A stretch of 58,591 nucleotides of DNA, the filler included, from Platydemus manokwari (taxonomy: Eukaryota), in the NCBI GenBank assembly GCA_037951405.1. It is 5 parts of 5 records of this genome, joined end to end, with 100 filler letters (N's around TTAATTAATTAA, not from the genome) between each part and the next. Parts side by side here need not be neighbours in the genome. Positions count along the whole stretch, not along the records: positions 1 to 14,425 come from JBBMOY011461420.1; positions 14,526 to 27,277 come from JBBMOY011978045.1; 3 more parts are not named here. One strand, written 5' to 3'. Below are positions 14,033 through 26,938 of the stretch, piece after piece; position 1 is the first letter of the stretch, and every line of letters begins with the position of its first letter. The position numbers and the translations under genes are program-made. Below the pieces are notes generated by a model that searched no databases, had not been told where the DNA came from, and saw only the letters and a list, made by a program, of their open reading frames with translations.

Positions 14033-14282
14033 TATGGTCCTAAAACAAAATTTTATAATTGTGGAGTGTATTGCAAAAATCTATATAGATTATTTAATTA
14101 AATTATTTAATAACTTTTTGAATTTTTTATTTAAGTACTTGAGTAAAATTTTAGTTATTTAAAATCAAATAATACATGCACCGGATTTTTAAAATCTACT
14201 AAAAATTAATTATTTGAAAAACAGTTTAAAGTAGGTCAAAATGCAATTAATTGAAAATTAGCGAGGACCCCTTCTTTTAACA
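14033..14282 (+). repeat. Dispersed non-coding repeat, copy 1 (copy 2 at 46824-47072)
   Basis: Colinear similarity over ~250 nt, e.g. gagtgtattgcaaaa..ctatatag.ttatttaattaaatt and aaagtaggtc...ttgaaaattagcgagga.cc..ttttaac in both copies. Confidence 0.85.
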
Positions 14283-14425
14283 TGAAGATATCTAAGATTT
14301 TTAGAGTTATTTTATAAAAAAGTGACTTTGAATTTATTGAGAAGTGCTAGGAACAAGGTACTTGTGTTTTCTCTCAAAATAAGTATATTAATATCTATTT
14401 AATAGATTGGATACATAGATCCCAA

Positions 14426-14525
14426 NNNNNNNNNNNNNNNNNNNNNNNNNNNNNNNNNNNNNNNNNNNNTTAATTAATTAANNNNNNNNNNNNNNNNNNN
14501 NNNNNNNNNNNNNNNNNNNNNNNNN
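14426..14525. other. Assembly gap with artificial six-frame-stop linker (same at 27278-27377, 36537-36636, 47657-47756; 10-N gap at 11037-11046)
   Basis: Identical 44N + TTAATTAATTAA + 44N structure occurs four times. Confidence 0.97.
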
Positions 14526-15539
14526 ATTTTTTATTAGCTGAGATGAGTTTCAACTGAATATAGAGTATATTATGAAGTAAAATATGATTATATAAGAGCA
14601 TTATGTTTTATCATTAAAGAGGTGTTGATCTATTTGCTCAGATATTGATTTATTAAATAATAATAATTGTTTCCATTGAATATATAATGTTAATATAATT
14701 AATTGAGGCAAACAAATCGGTAAGAGAGATTAGCGATATGAAAATAATAATTATCCAATGATTCATCCATAATCGATTTTTCTAAAGCTTATTTTAATTT
14801 CAAAGGTAATTTATTTTTCACCCATATAAGATTTGGAAAAGTTATTCCATTAATTTTGACAGTGGTTCAAGTCAAATTCATATCCAGTAAAAAATTCATT
14901 TGTCATAACAATGTTTATTATCGAAATATGATTGGTTAATCAAAAATACAAATATTTTATTCTCAATGTTATGAGTTATTGAGATTTTTATTTTTATTAA
15001 GGCGACAATCCTTATAAATATATCGGTGATAAAATGAATGATCTTGGGTTAACATAACATTTAAAATCAATATTTCAAGCCTGATCAATATCTAGAAATC
15101 CTTTTTGATCAAAGAGAGAAGTTTTAATATTCCATGTTTGTTTTTACCATTCCTTTTATTCGAAAACCCATTTAATCATCATATTTACGATCTAAAAGTC
15201 TTATAAATACATCACTATTTGATAATTAAAATACCAATAAAAACATTCCAATGCTATATGGAGTGTATCTTTTATAGCACTAGACCCGCGGTACTGGCAA
15301 TCATAATAATATCGATTTAATTTTTAAAATGGATTTTGCAAATATTAAAACATTGATATAAAATTTATGTCACTCAGTTTCAATGATAATTTAGGACAGA
15401 ATTTTTGAAAAAATTATCCACTATTTGCTATAATTAATATCAGAGACGCCATACATCACGGTGATAAAATTATTTAATTTATGACAATATCTACACAGAC
15501 TTTGTCGACCTCTCTCGTTTGAGACATACATTAAAATCA

Positions 15540-17448
15540 TTACTGGATAAATAAATTGCTGATAAACCCATGAAAATGTGTCGCATTCTCATTGGCTAAA
15601 GAAGACAGAAAGCGTGGGTGTGGAGTTGTGCTATCGACAATTTATTCATCAATGAAATATCTTACCAATCTCCGTGTTTGGAATGCCCGTTGATACGGTT
15701 GGGACCTTCCTGTCGGCTACCTCAGCGAAATATAGAATGTTTTCCACATCCGGTGCCCAGGTGCTTTTGATGATCAATACTGAAATTATGATTTCAGATG
15801 AAATAAATCTCTCATGATCGTTATTTGTCGAATTTAAATACTTGTTTGGCTTATCAATCACATTATTAATCGTTTAAGAAATCAATTAAATTATAATTAA
15901 AAATGGCTACTTATAAATATAAGTAATATATTTTGAAATGATTTATCTATTTACAAATAAATAGTAGAACAATTATTGACAATCGACCATTGTTCATTTA
16001 AATAAAAGAATATTATCTGTGTTGATATTCTACTTATAATTAAATAAGTAGTATATAATTTATGCCATTCAAGAACACATAGCTATCTAAAATCAAACAA
16101 CTAAATATAAGTATATTCCATTATAATATTTTTAGAGCTGATCTGTGGTCTTCATATCAAAATCTTTCTCATTAATATAATTATAAATAATTATATAATA
16201 ATATTATTTTTAATACTACTGACAAATAACAAAATAGTAGTATATTACCACAGGTTTCTCATACATTTAAATTCGACAAGTTTTTATTTTTTTTATATAC
16301 AATTTTTCACCACATACTTCGCGATCGAAAAAACTTTTTACATGTTTTCACGACAACCAAATATTCATTCTGACCAATCATCGAGCCCTGGTGAAGAAAG
16401 AAAAACACGTCAGATCATCGAAATCCATGAATATGCTCACACACACACACAAACAGTCAAGCACTAACACAATTGGGCAGATATGAAAATTGAGAAATCC
16501 ACATCGCACAATATTCATCGGGTTCACTTGTCAAACAGAACTCGCTATTGTTGGACATTTGGAAATCGAAAATCAATTTATCCTTTATAAATTTTACCAT
16601 CTGAAAACAAAATGAGTTTCAACGGAAAATCAATGGTTTTTCAGTCGATATACGAGAAAATAAGCTCACCTCATATTGAGGATCAATGTGCGTATCGTAT
16701 TTTTCTGGAACCAACGATTCACGATCGAGTTGTTCTAAGATCCTTGAAATTATAAGACAACAACCATAAGTCCAGTTAATGTTTCAAAAACAAAAATCAC
16801 ATTTTACAAAGGCTTATGGATAAAATAAATCCAACTTCTCGGTGGGGATAATGAATAGAGTGGGGTTTAGCAAAATGATGAATTATCGATCGATCTGAGT
16901 CTTTCATAGCATAACCAAACAGATTTGGCTAAAATTATTATTATAATATTTACTAATTAAATTACAAGTATGAGAAATTTTGTTTTAAAATTTTGAATAA
17001 CTGAGAATTAACTATTCAACCTTTTCATGTTCATTTTCTGACAGCATATGATAAAGTTGTTTCAGTTCTAATCTCGTTTCTTCTTGTGCAAAAACAATCC
17101 ATTTATACTTGATGACTTCATTACGATAAAATCTAATGGCTGGTAAAATTAAATGAACTAAAAGAGATGTTGTGTCATTATCAGATATAATCAATTTCTA
17201 AATTGTAATAATAACAAATGACAAATTGAAATGGTGAATTAAATTCGATTTACTGGAGGTTGATTGGTCGGTAATTGACTTACTAAGTGCCTTTTAAATA
17301 AACTGACGCGTGTATTGTGATATACTGAATCTGGTTGCATATTCAAAAATACAACGACATCGTTTCCATTGATGTCATGTTCTGTACATTCTTTGATAGT
17401 TATAAAAGTAACAATAACTTTCAAACAAAGAATCAATTTTAGAATCAT
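15540..17448 (-). CDS. B3GLCT: Beta-1,3-glucosyltransferase (B3GLCT/B3GALTL)-like; exons 17448-17254, 17197-17021, 16928-16801, 16742-16670, 16600-16469, 16387-16318, 15779-15666, then a putative 15595-15540 terminal exon or missing downstream exons
   Basis: Signal peptide MILKLILCLKVIVTFITIKEC. WIVFAQEETRL, FGYAMKDSDRSIIHHFA, THIDPQYE, EFCLTSEPDEYCA, VVVKTCKKFFRSRI and IKSTWA..ILYFAEVADRKVPTVSTGIPNTEI align in order with human B3GLCT WIFFCEEETRI, LGKALHDEEATIIHHYA, TIDLKHE, EFCTNDVDFYCA, VAVKTCKKFHGDRI and VKQTWE..IPTVDLGIPNTDR. All intron phases are compatible. Confidence 0.88.
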
Positions 17449-18376
17449 ATTGAAAATTTAAATTAAAAACAAAAATATTTCAATTAAATAAAGGTCATTT
17501 GAAATATAATTTGTTTAGAAAAATAAATATAGTTATTATTGTATTTTAAATAAATTATTCAGATTTTTAGAATAGTTTAAAAAAAATAAAAATCTTTTCA
17601 ATTTGAATTATTTTAATAATTTTTGAGAACTATTTTTAATATGTACTTAATAAATTGCAATTTCTCATGAAGAATAGTTGATCTTATACTTCGAAACTTA
17701 ATTTTAAAAATGAAATTAAAATTTAAAGTTAGGGACTTTTTAATCATGAATCGCTTGATTTTGATTCATGCTTTAGCAAATGAAGTATTATAGATAGATT
17801 TCCGTTTTATTGCTTTACTGGTATTATAGTGTATAATTTTTGATGAATTAACTAATTTTTATTAATTCTATTTATTGTTCGGGTCATACTCTAACGGTAA
17901 TTATATTGAAATTAATGTCTTAAGAATAACATGTCAGATACCAAAACAGATAAGTTATATGTTTAGATTTACATTGATTCACAAATATGATCAACCCTTT
18001 TCGAAACTACTTAACATTTTAAAATTAACGATTGAAAAATTTGTCATAATTGTCAACCAACTTAAGAAAATACATTATGAGAAATACAAAATCAAATTCC
18101 AATAAAACTTGAAACTATTAGTTTAATACCCGATAATTAGACATCGAATTAACGACTTTCTAAAAATATTAAATTTATTATATAAACAATACATAAACAA
18201 GGGAAACAATTGTAATAATGATAACAATAATTTATAGTAAGAAGCAAGTTAATAAAAGATAATATTGTATCGACAAAAACTAAAAATCTCAACAATAAAA
18301 TACATTAATAAAATAACAAGATATTCAAACAGTTTACAATAATAAAACTTCGTAAAGATAAGAGCATTGATTTCAT

Positions 18377-21300
18377 TTATTGAATTAATTTATCAATCGA
18401 TGAAAATTTCATTTTTGGAGTTCTTGTTTTTGATTTTCGAATTAATCTTTTGATAATGGAATTTGGCTTTGGAGTTTTTGGCCTCTGAGTGTAAGGGGAA
18501 TCGAGCGATTTAATTTCAAAGTTGGCTTGAACTTTGGCTGGAGAAGTAGCGAGATCCTGTAAAGCAGTGTCAAAATAATGGTTAATGGTATACAATGAAT
18601 ATTTTACTAATGACAAGATTATAAAATATTGCATCAAATTATTTAGAATAACATCTGAATCGATATTTTATTTAATGGAAATATTATTTTCATATTAATA
18701 TTTTCAAAACTATATACTATTTGGAAAAGTTTTTCTTACATGATTGTTTCTCATAATTGGTTCCAATACAGAAATTCATGATTTATCATTCAACCGAAAC
18801 ATCATGTTATTTTTAGAAAACAAGAGTAACCAGTGAATTATTAATAAATGATAAATTAAATCATGGAATGAATTGACTATCTCTAGCTCATATTGGTAAT
18901 ATTCACCGAAAATTTGATATAAAATAATTGATTTATTTCAATAAATAATAATTGTATAAATTATAAACAATAATATTTTATAAAATAATCTTTTCAAACA
19001 TTTCCATTTTAGGAACAAGTAGACCAGAAATAATGTTTAGCTATAAAAGCTTTCGACATACACACACATATAGACGTGTGTATGTATGTGTGTGTACATG
19101 TGTTTGTGTGTATATTATTTTTAAATGAACATCCTTTACAACAGAGAATTACACAAATGCATTTCATCAAACAAATAAAATATCAAATTTAGAAAGAAAA
19201 ATTTACCGGTTCGTTTTGATCGAATAATGAATAAACCGACGTTGACGGATCTAAATTTGATGTATTGGTTGTACTTGTGACTGAATATAAGCTTTCTGGA
19301 TTGTCTTGGATTTCTTTTTTTGATTCTGACATCCGTTTTTTGTTCTTCCTCTGACGATACTCATCAAGATCAATAATGCTAACTTGCGACGATCTCAATT
19401 TAGAAGATATATTCTTTCGAGGTGCAGCTGGGGGTTTTGAAATCGACTTATCGCTTATGAGAGCAGAGTGTTTTGTGATTGATAATGGTGTCTGTGAAAC
19501 TGTCTCGTGTAAGTTTTTCGTTTCTAGTTTTGAATCGTTAGATGAGTTCTCAAGATGAAGGCTACGTCGAATTTTAGTAGTAATTTGATGACGAATTCCG
19601 TCCTTCTTTTTCTTAATAGGCGTTTCCAACATGTTGTCATTGCTATTGATTTTGAGATTATCATTATTATGATTTATAGTGTCTGAAGGAAAATGCTTTT
19701 GGAAAGAAATGCTCGGTTCATCTTCACAAATGTAAGGTGAAAAAACAAACGACTCAAATTTAGCTTTGGATTTAGAATCTGTGGATAAAACAATTGATTT
19801 GTATCTATTATATTAAAAGAATTAACTTAATCCTAAAGTAATTGCTAAGTCTTTATCGATACGATCAAGAGGTGGAAGTTGTCGAATGAATTGCGGTCGC
19901 ATTCCCCATGAACTCATTCGTGTGTAGCGATTCTATAACAAGAATAACCTGCAATTCAAAAATTATCCAAACATACATTGTCGTTCGATTTTTCTTTCAA
20001 TTGTTGCACTTCATTTTCCGTATGTTCTTGAAGAACCTTTTTTAGGCTGTTGAACTTTGATGTGAGTTCAGCAACTGATCGTTTTAAGGCACAATTATCA
20101 TCTTTTAGCTATTTTATGATTAAAGATAAATCAGGTAAAAATGAATATAAATGAAAAAACACAATATCAGAGTAAGTTTAAGTATGTTCTCGAAATATCT
20201 TGAAATGTTTGAATCAGTTCGTCAGTATATCATCGCTTATTAGACGTAATATATAATGTGTGTGTGCGTGTGTGTGTAAAAACAAGATTTTCGATTAATA
20301 TAAAAATATCTCATGCTACAATACCATGGAAACCTCTAAATACATCTATAACATATCAAATGGTTCTTTAAAAATTTATTCGTATGGAATTATAATAAAA
20401 TAATAAAAGATACTGAAATCCATATATAATTAAATTAAAACGATAACAACATAATTTCATATAATAATTCTAAATATAATAAATATCCATACCATATTTT
20501 TCTTAACAGTTAAAATCTGAATTTGTTCCTGGAAATCAGCCACATCTTTTGTCAATGATCCAAGTCTTTCTATGAAAGATATAAATCGACAGTTTTAATA
20601 TGATATTATAATGAAACCGATATAATTATTCACTGTTTCCTCATGAGTTTGAATAACCTTTTCCATATGTGTATCGGAGATTTCTCGAAGTTTCAAATAT
20701 CGTGATTTCAAGGATTCATTTTCCGATTTCATGGAACTTATTTCCGATTGAATATTATCGATTTTTTCCAATCTCGTTTTATCTAATGATTCTAGATTGT
20801 GAATCTGATCTTGCAAATAGCTATTCTTTTCATCTAACTGTCAGATATGTTTTAAATCTGATAAACAAAACCAAAAACCAAATCATTTACTCTATTTTTA
20901 TCTTTCATTAATATATTGTTTTGTTTGATTAAAACTTTCATTTTATTCTCCAAACATATTTGATTAGCAACGAGATCTTGTTTCTCTTTCTCTAACATTT
21001 TCAAATTATTCACAATGGCAGCCCTTTCACATCGTAAATGTTTCAATTCTTTCAAATTTTCATTCGATTCCAGCTCTTTCACTTTTTCCATTAATCGTGA
21101 AGTTGTTGATTCTAGATTTTCGATCTGTGTTTCAAGAGGTTCAAGTTCTTTGATACGATTTTCCAGATGGTCTTTATCATTCTTTATCAATATATCGATA
21201 ATAAACTAGATATCGGATGATAATATATTAAGTAATACCTTAAATTCTAATTCACATTTCTTTAACATTTCCTCAATTCTAAATAAATAATTATAAACTA

Positions 21301-24300
21301 TTTGATTGTATTATGATAGTTTCGAGAAATACATGTCAAAATATTCAATACAAATCCAAAACAAAATACAATTTAATATAGAATATCAGAAAATTCAAAT
21401 TGAATTCAAATGGTTCCCAAAGTTCTCTGAAATCATTATTATCTTCAAATATCAGAAGATATCATTTATTTTCTAATAATATTAGCAAATACATTGGGTT
21501 CAATACTCTTAAAGCGTATCAATGAAGATTGGTGAAAGGATTTTATATATTTTAAAAATTAAATTTATTGATAACATTATATAGAATAATATAATTATAA
21601 AAATACGAATATTTAATAATGAGCAATAATCGATCAAATGGTAACATATGAGCAAGTATAAAATCAGATATAATTAAAATATGTCAGCAATATCAAGAGA
21701 AATGATAATAAAATATACATATTACATAATTATAATGTAAAAATTATAATTATAATTATAAATATATACATACCTCAATTTATCGAGTTGGGCCTCTTTC
21801 AAATAGTCATTGGTTTTATCTAATTCACATTTCAATTCATTCAAATCTTTATTCTTTTGTTCGTCCGAAATTTTTCGATCATTCTCCAATCGACTAACCA
21901 TATCTTCATAAAATTCCTTATGTTTCAATTTCTCTTGTCTTTCTTTATCTAAATTGACAATCAATTGTCCTTTCTCTTCACCGAATTGATTTTCACGAGT
22001 GATTAACGCTTTCTGTAATCGTTCCTTTTCCAATTCTAAAGTCATTCGATTCGACTTATTTACTTTACGAGATTCGATCAATTCTCTTTTCACTGATTCT
22101 AATTCCAATGATTTATCCTCGAAATTTTGCTGTAAATCAAATATCTAAAAATGCTATAATTATAAATTTTCTGATAATATATTATTTTAAACATTTACAA
22201 GCCAAAAACATCGACAAAAAACACAAAAACTATAACAATGAAACACCAAATCTCGACAATAATGGGATAAATAGTTGTGACAATAACCTTAGCATTAAAT
22301 AATGTTTCCATTTCATGAATCTGATCATCTCGTTCTTCTTCGATTCTATTGATGTGATTTTTCAAATTTAATATTTGTTTCTCATAACGTGCGACTTGTT
22401 CTTGATTATCTTTGATCAATTTATTATATTTCTCTCTAAATTCATTCGATTCTTGTTCTGCCTGTTTATATTCTTCATTAATTTTCTCATAATTGGCCAT
22501 CTCATCATGTATAATGGATTCGAGATTGAGAATTTTAGAATTAAATTCTACCAAAGACATCTAAATGATTATTATCGAATAAAACGTGATTTTATTATTA
22601 ATTGTGAAAGACGGACAGGATTATAATTAGATTTATCTTTCCATAGCAATTCGAAATAAATATGATTTAGAAATTGAGTTTTATCCAGAAGATTTTTTAT
22701 ACCATTTTAGGTTAAAAAGTCAATTATAAATTTAAAAATATTATTTGTGCGATTGAGAAATTAATTATACTCTTTCCCGTGACATTAATCAGCTTTATCA
22801 GGAGTTACATGTTCAATTTTATATTCAATATGAATTTATATCGATAAGTTGTGGTGTCAGTTTAATTTAAGATGTCTGTACTCAAATATGAAGCAAAGAC
22901 TCAATGGTTGAGAGAGAAAGAACCAATTCAATTATCTTTCGACCAGATACAGAGAAGTTATTCAGTGACATGTTAATACACCTCAAAATATAAATATTAA
23001 GGAAACATTATTTTAACAATTATTTCAATCACAATTCCGCGAATGATTTCGCCGTAAGGAACTCGTTAGCATCTTTCTCTCTCTCTCTCTCTCTCTCTCT
23101 AAATATATATATATATATACCAATAAAAGGCCATATCAGCTGTATTGACACAATCATTATAATATTGATATTAGTAAAACAAATAATAGATTGGAAATAA
23201 TATTTTTAAAATTTGATTTGAAAAAATTTTAAAAACAACAACAATAAATACTAACATTAGCTGCATGTAGCTCTTGATTTTTAGCATCTTTTTCTTTGTT
23301 TAAATCGTCTAATTGATTGTTTAAATGTTTCAATTTCCCCTCCAAATCTAAAACAGTGCTCTTCAACATGATTATTTGATTCGATGATGTTTGTATTAGA
23401 CCATTGATATTTTCATCTTTTATCTGATTGATTCGTTCAAAATTGATCATTAAATCATTCAATTCCAGGACAGAATGATGAATAATATTATTTGATTGAG
23501 ATATATTTATATCATTATTATTAATATTTTGATCAATATCATTCAATATTGGATCAGAATTATTTAATCGTTTTAACAATATAATAAAATTATTGATTTG
23601 TGATGTACAACAATCAATATCATTATTTAACAAATCGATTTGTTTATCTTTAGTTGAAACAGCCTCCTCCAGAATTGATATTTTCCCCAAATAATCATTA
23701 GAAGAGCATTCCAATAATTTCATTTGATCTTTTAATTGAGATAATTCACGATTGACCGTTGCTATGGTAACGGATTTATTATTGATAATATCTACCATTT
23801 CATCGATTTGTTTTGACAATTGATTATTAAAATCCAATTGACATTTGTCCAATTTATCACAATGATCTTTCAATGATTTCAAATTGGTTTCACAAACAAT
23901 CAATTGATGATTTAATTGAATAATTGTCGATATTTTCTCTTCTCTATCCAATTGTAATTGTTTCAAGCGATTTTCCAAATCATTTCTTTCCCATTTCAAT
24001 GTTTCCATTTCGTTGGATTTCAATTGATTCAATTCAATCAATTCTTGATCTTTTCGATCAAATCGTCTCTCCAATTCTTGATGATCCTTAATCAATTCCA
24101 CATATTTCCGATCAATTGCTGTTAAATATTCACATTCGATTCGAGCATTGATCAATTTCCTCTGTTCTTCTCCTAATTGATATTGTAATTTCTCCATTTT
24201 ATCATTGAAATCATTGATAATCATCTTGTTTTCCTCTAATAATTGTTTCTGGCGATTAATTTCTTGATTTTTATCTATCAATTCATTATGATTATATGAT

Positions 24301-26525
24301 GTTTCCTTTTCATATTTCTCTCGGATTTCATTCAATAATTGTGAATGATCTCGATTCATCTCATCATCTCCTAAATCATCAGTTTTATCATAGAAATCAT
24401 TTCTCAAATCATATATCTCTTTATTATATTTATCTAATGTTATTTTAATTATATCCAATTCATGATCTTTATCCTGAATCGATTGATTATATTTTTCAAT
24501 TAATTGATTATAATATAATTTTAAATCATTATATTGATCAATAATAGATTTCAATGGATTATTATTATTATTTAATTGATTTATAATTAATTGATAATCA
24601 TTTTTAATTAATAAATCAATATTTCCCAATTCTAATATCTTTTGATCTTTCCTCAAGCTTTCTTGTGTCATTATATTCATTAACGATTCCATATTGAATA
24701 ATTCTTGATTTTTCCTATCAATTGTTAATGATTTCATATTGATTTCATCTGAATGATTCTTCATTAATATTTCCATTTCATCATGTTTCAATGATAAACA
24801 TGATTTCAAATTGTTGATTTCATCATTTAATTTCATCAATTCATTATTGGATGTTGTCAAATATTCATGAGATTGTTTCTCAAAATCTAATCTCATTTGT
24901 TCACATTTGATTTCAATGATTTCTAATTGGTTACGCTCATTAGTTATTGATTGTTCCAGTTCATTGATTATCTTATCTTTAATCGATAATTCATTCATGA
25001 ATTTATTCTCTAACATCAATATTTCTTGATCTTTTCCTTCAATATTTATCAATAAATTATTGATTCTATCAGATGATTTTTCCATTTCTTGTCTCAATAA
25101 ACCCATTTCTTCTTCCAAATCAATTGATTTCAAATGAACCAATTTCATTTCATCATTTTTCATTTGAATTTTTCCTTCAAAATCTGATTGGATCTTTTCC
25201 AAATTTCGAAGACATTCTTCATATTCCTTCATTAATTTCAATAAATCATTTTTCATTTCCATTTTTTCCATATCATATTTCATGATAAGTTTATCTTTAT
25301 CACCATTCAATTCATCAATCAATTTATTCATCGAATCTTCTTTCTCTTTCTCATATTTCTCTTTCATATCCTTTTCCAATGCAAACAATTTCCTTTCGTA
25401 TTCAACAGTCACTTGGTTCAGATCATCAATACATCTCTGATTCTGATCATTTAATAATTCATTTCTCATCTTTAAATCATTAATTTCTGAATAATGATTC
25501 ATGAATAATTGATTGATGCGATATAATGATTTAATAAATGGATCAGATAATGAAATATCTATCGAATGATCATTCAATGATTCAATTCCATTTGATAATG
25601 TTTTGAAATAAGATTTGGTGAATTGTTTCACATGTATAATATTATCTTTTAATTCATGAATATTATCACGAAACACATTACTAATATGTCCCAATTCATA
25701 TTTCAATTTGCTTATCGTTAATTGGCATTGTTCCAATGTTTGATCATTCGATATCAAAGCTGCTAATACATCTTGGAAATATTTCTCACCATTATCATCA
25801 CCACTACTACCACCATCATCATCATTAACAACCCTTGGATTATTTTTAAACAAAATCTCTCCTATTCCAATAAAACATTTATCTTTTAATTCATTATTAT
25901 TCTTCATTGATTCAATTGTTGATTGTAATTGTTTCACATGATTAATATGACAATTCATTTGATTTATTAAATCATTATTAGCTATTGTTAATTGCATAAC
26001 ATTGTCTCGATGTAATGAGACATTGTGATTCATTATATCAAATATTTCCTTCATATTCTCTCCCACTATTCCACCATTAGGACAAACCAAATCATCAATT
26101 AATTCATTCTTTATCACATTACTAATAATTAATTAATGAACAAAATCGTCAATTCAACACATGACTTACTGTTTTATTTGCTCAACAAATTCTATTACCG
26201 ATTGTTGATATTGTTTCATTTGTTCAAATCCTATCTTAAATTCTCTGAGATCATCAATTTGTTTTAAAGCATCTTCATAAATGAGTTTCGAAACAGTTTC
26301 TTCTTTCAATGTCATCAACTCATTTCTCAATTCATCTCGTTCCATTTCAATCACATCAGACATACATTCGGGATGGAGAAAAGAAGAATTTAAAGATATT
26401 TCTGGAAAATTCAAAACATCATTGATCGGTTTTTATAAAAATGTCATTGATATCATTCTATCAAATATTTAATTGTTTATAACAAAACTCCTTATATAAG
26501 AAAACTTTATTACAATATGAGCCAT
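18377..26525 (-). CDS. Large coiled-coil protein (~1800 aa visible, 5' incomplete), NuMA/Mud-like; exons 26525-26506 (tentative), 26457-26170, 26121-23256, 22560-22288, 22129-21774, 21278-21239, 21181 or 21205-20891, 20837-20618, 20569-20493, 20108-19977, 19932-19827, 19778-19207, 18556-18377
   Basis: Phase-compatible GT-AG junctions join the minus-strand ORFs of the track into one E/K/N/L-rich heptad protein with a basic S/T-P-rich tail. The NuMA assignment rests on short motifs (PINDVLNFPE...ERDELRNEL; FSPYICEDEP) and is less certain than the gene itself. One lesion near 26430-26437. Confidence 0.8.
23074..23119 (+). repeat. (CT)n plus (AT)n microsatellite in an intron
   Basis: ctctctct... 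followed by atatatat... Confidence 0.95.
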
Positions 26526-26578
26526 CTAAAACCAACAGTAAAAACAAATGATTTAATAAAATAATTATCAGTCTAGAT

Positions 26579-26938
26579 CAGTGGTTCTCAACCCGGATTC
26601 GCGACCAGAAACGGGATTGGCAAGCATTTTTAAAAGGGTCGCGAATTATGGTAGGTATACAAACCATTACATGCGAAAATCGTATTTTACTATGCTGTTA
26701 AATAAATAGTTTGTGATGCTGATTAAACTATTTCTGTTCACAATTACCTTGACAACTACAGTTAAATATTTTAAAGATAATGTTAACATCAAATAATCTT
26801 ATTATTATAGGTAATTCATTATTTTTGCAAATTGGTTTTATTAAATATGGTGAGTTATGACTTATTTTTAGTAATATTGATTGGCGACATCAAGATCTTA
26901 AAATTGGATCTCCATAGAAAAAAGGTTGATAACCGCTG
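26579..26938. mobile_element. hAT (Buster/Charlie-type) MITE, 360 bp, with 8-bp TSD
   Basis: TIRs cagtggttctcaacc (26579-26593) and ggttgataaccgctg (26924-26938), 13/15 match. Perfect flanking duplication GTCTAGAT at 26571-26578 and 26939-26946. Confidence 0.93.

Noticed and set aside
14470-14481. Recurrent palindrome TTAATTAATTAA as a biological repeat or CRISPR-like array
   Set aside because: Always centred in exactly 100-nt N blocks; an assembly linker.
21206-21238. 33-nt ultra-short intron
   Set aside because: An in-frame acceptor at 21182 gives a more typical 57-nt intron and removes an intron-like FIIDILIK stretch; cannot be decided from sequence.
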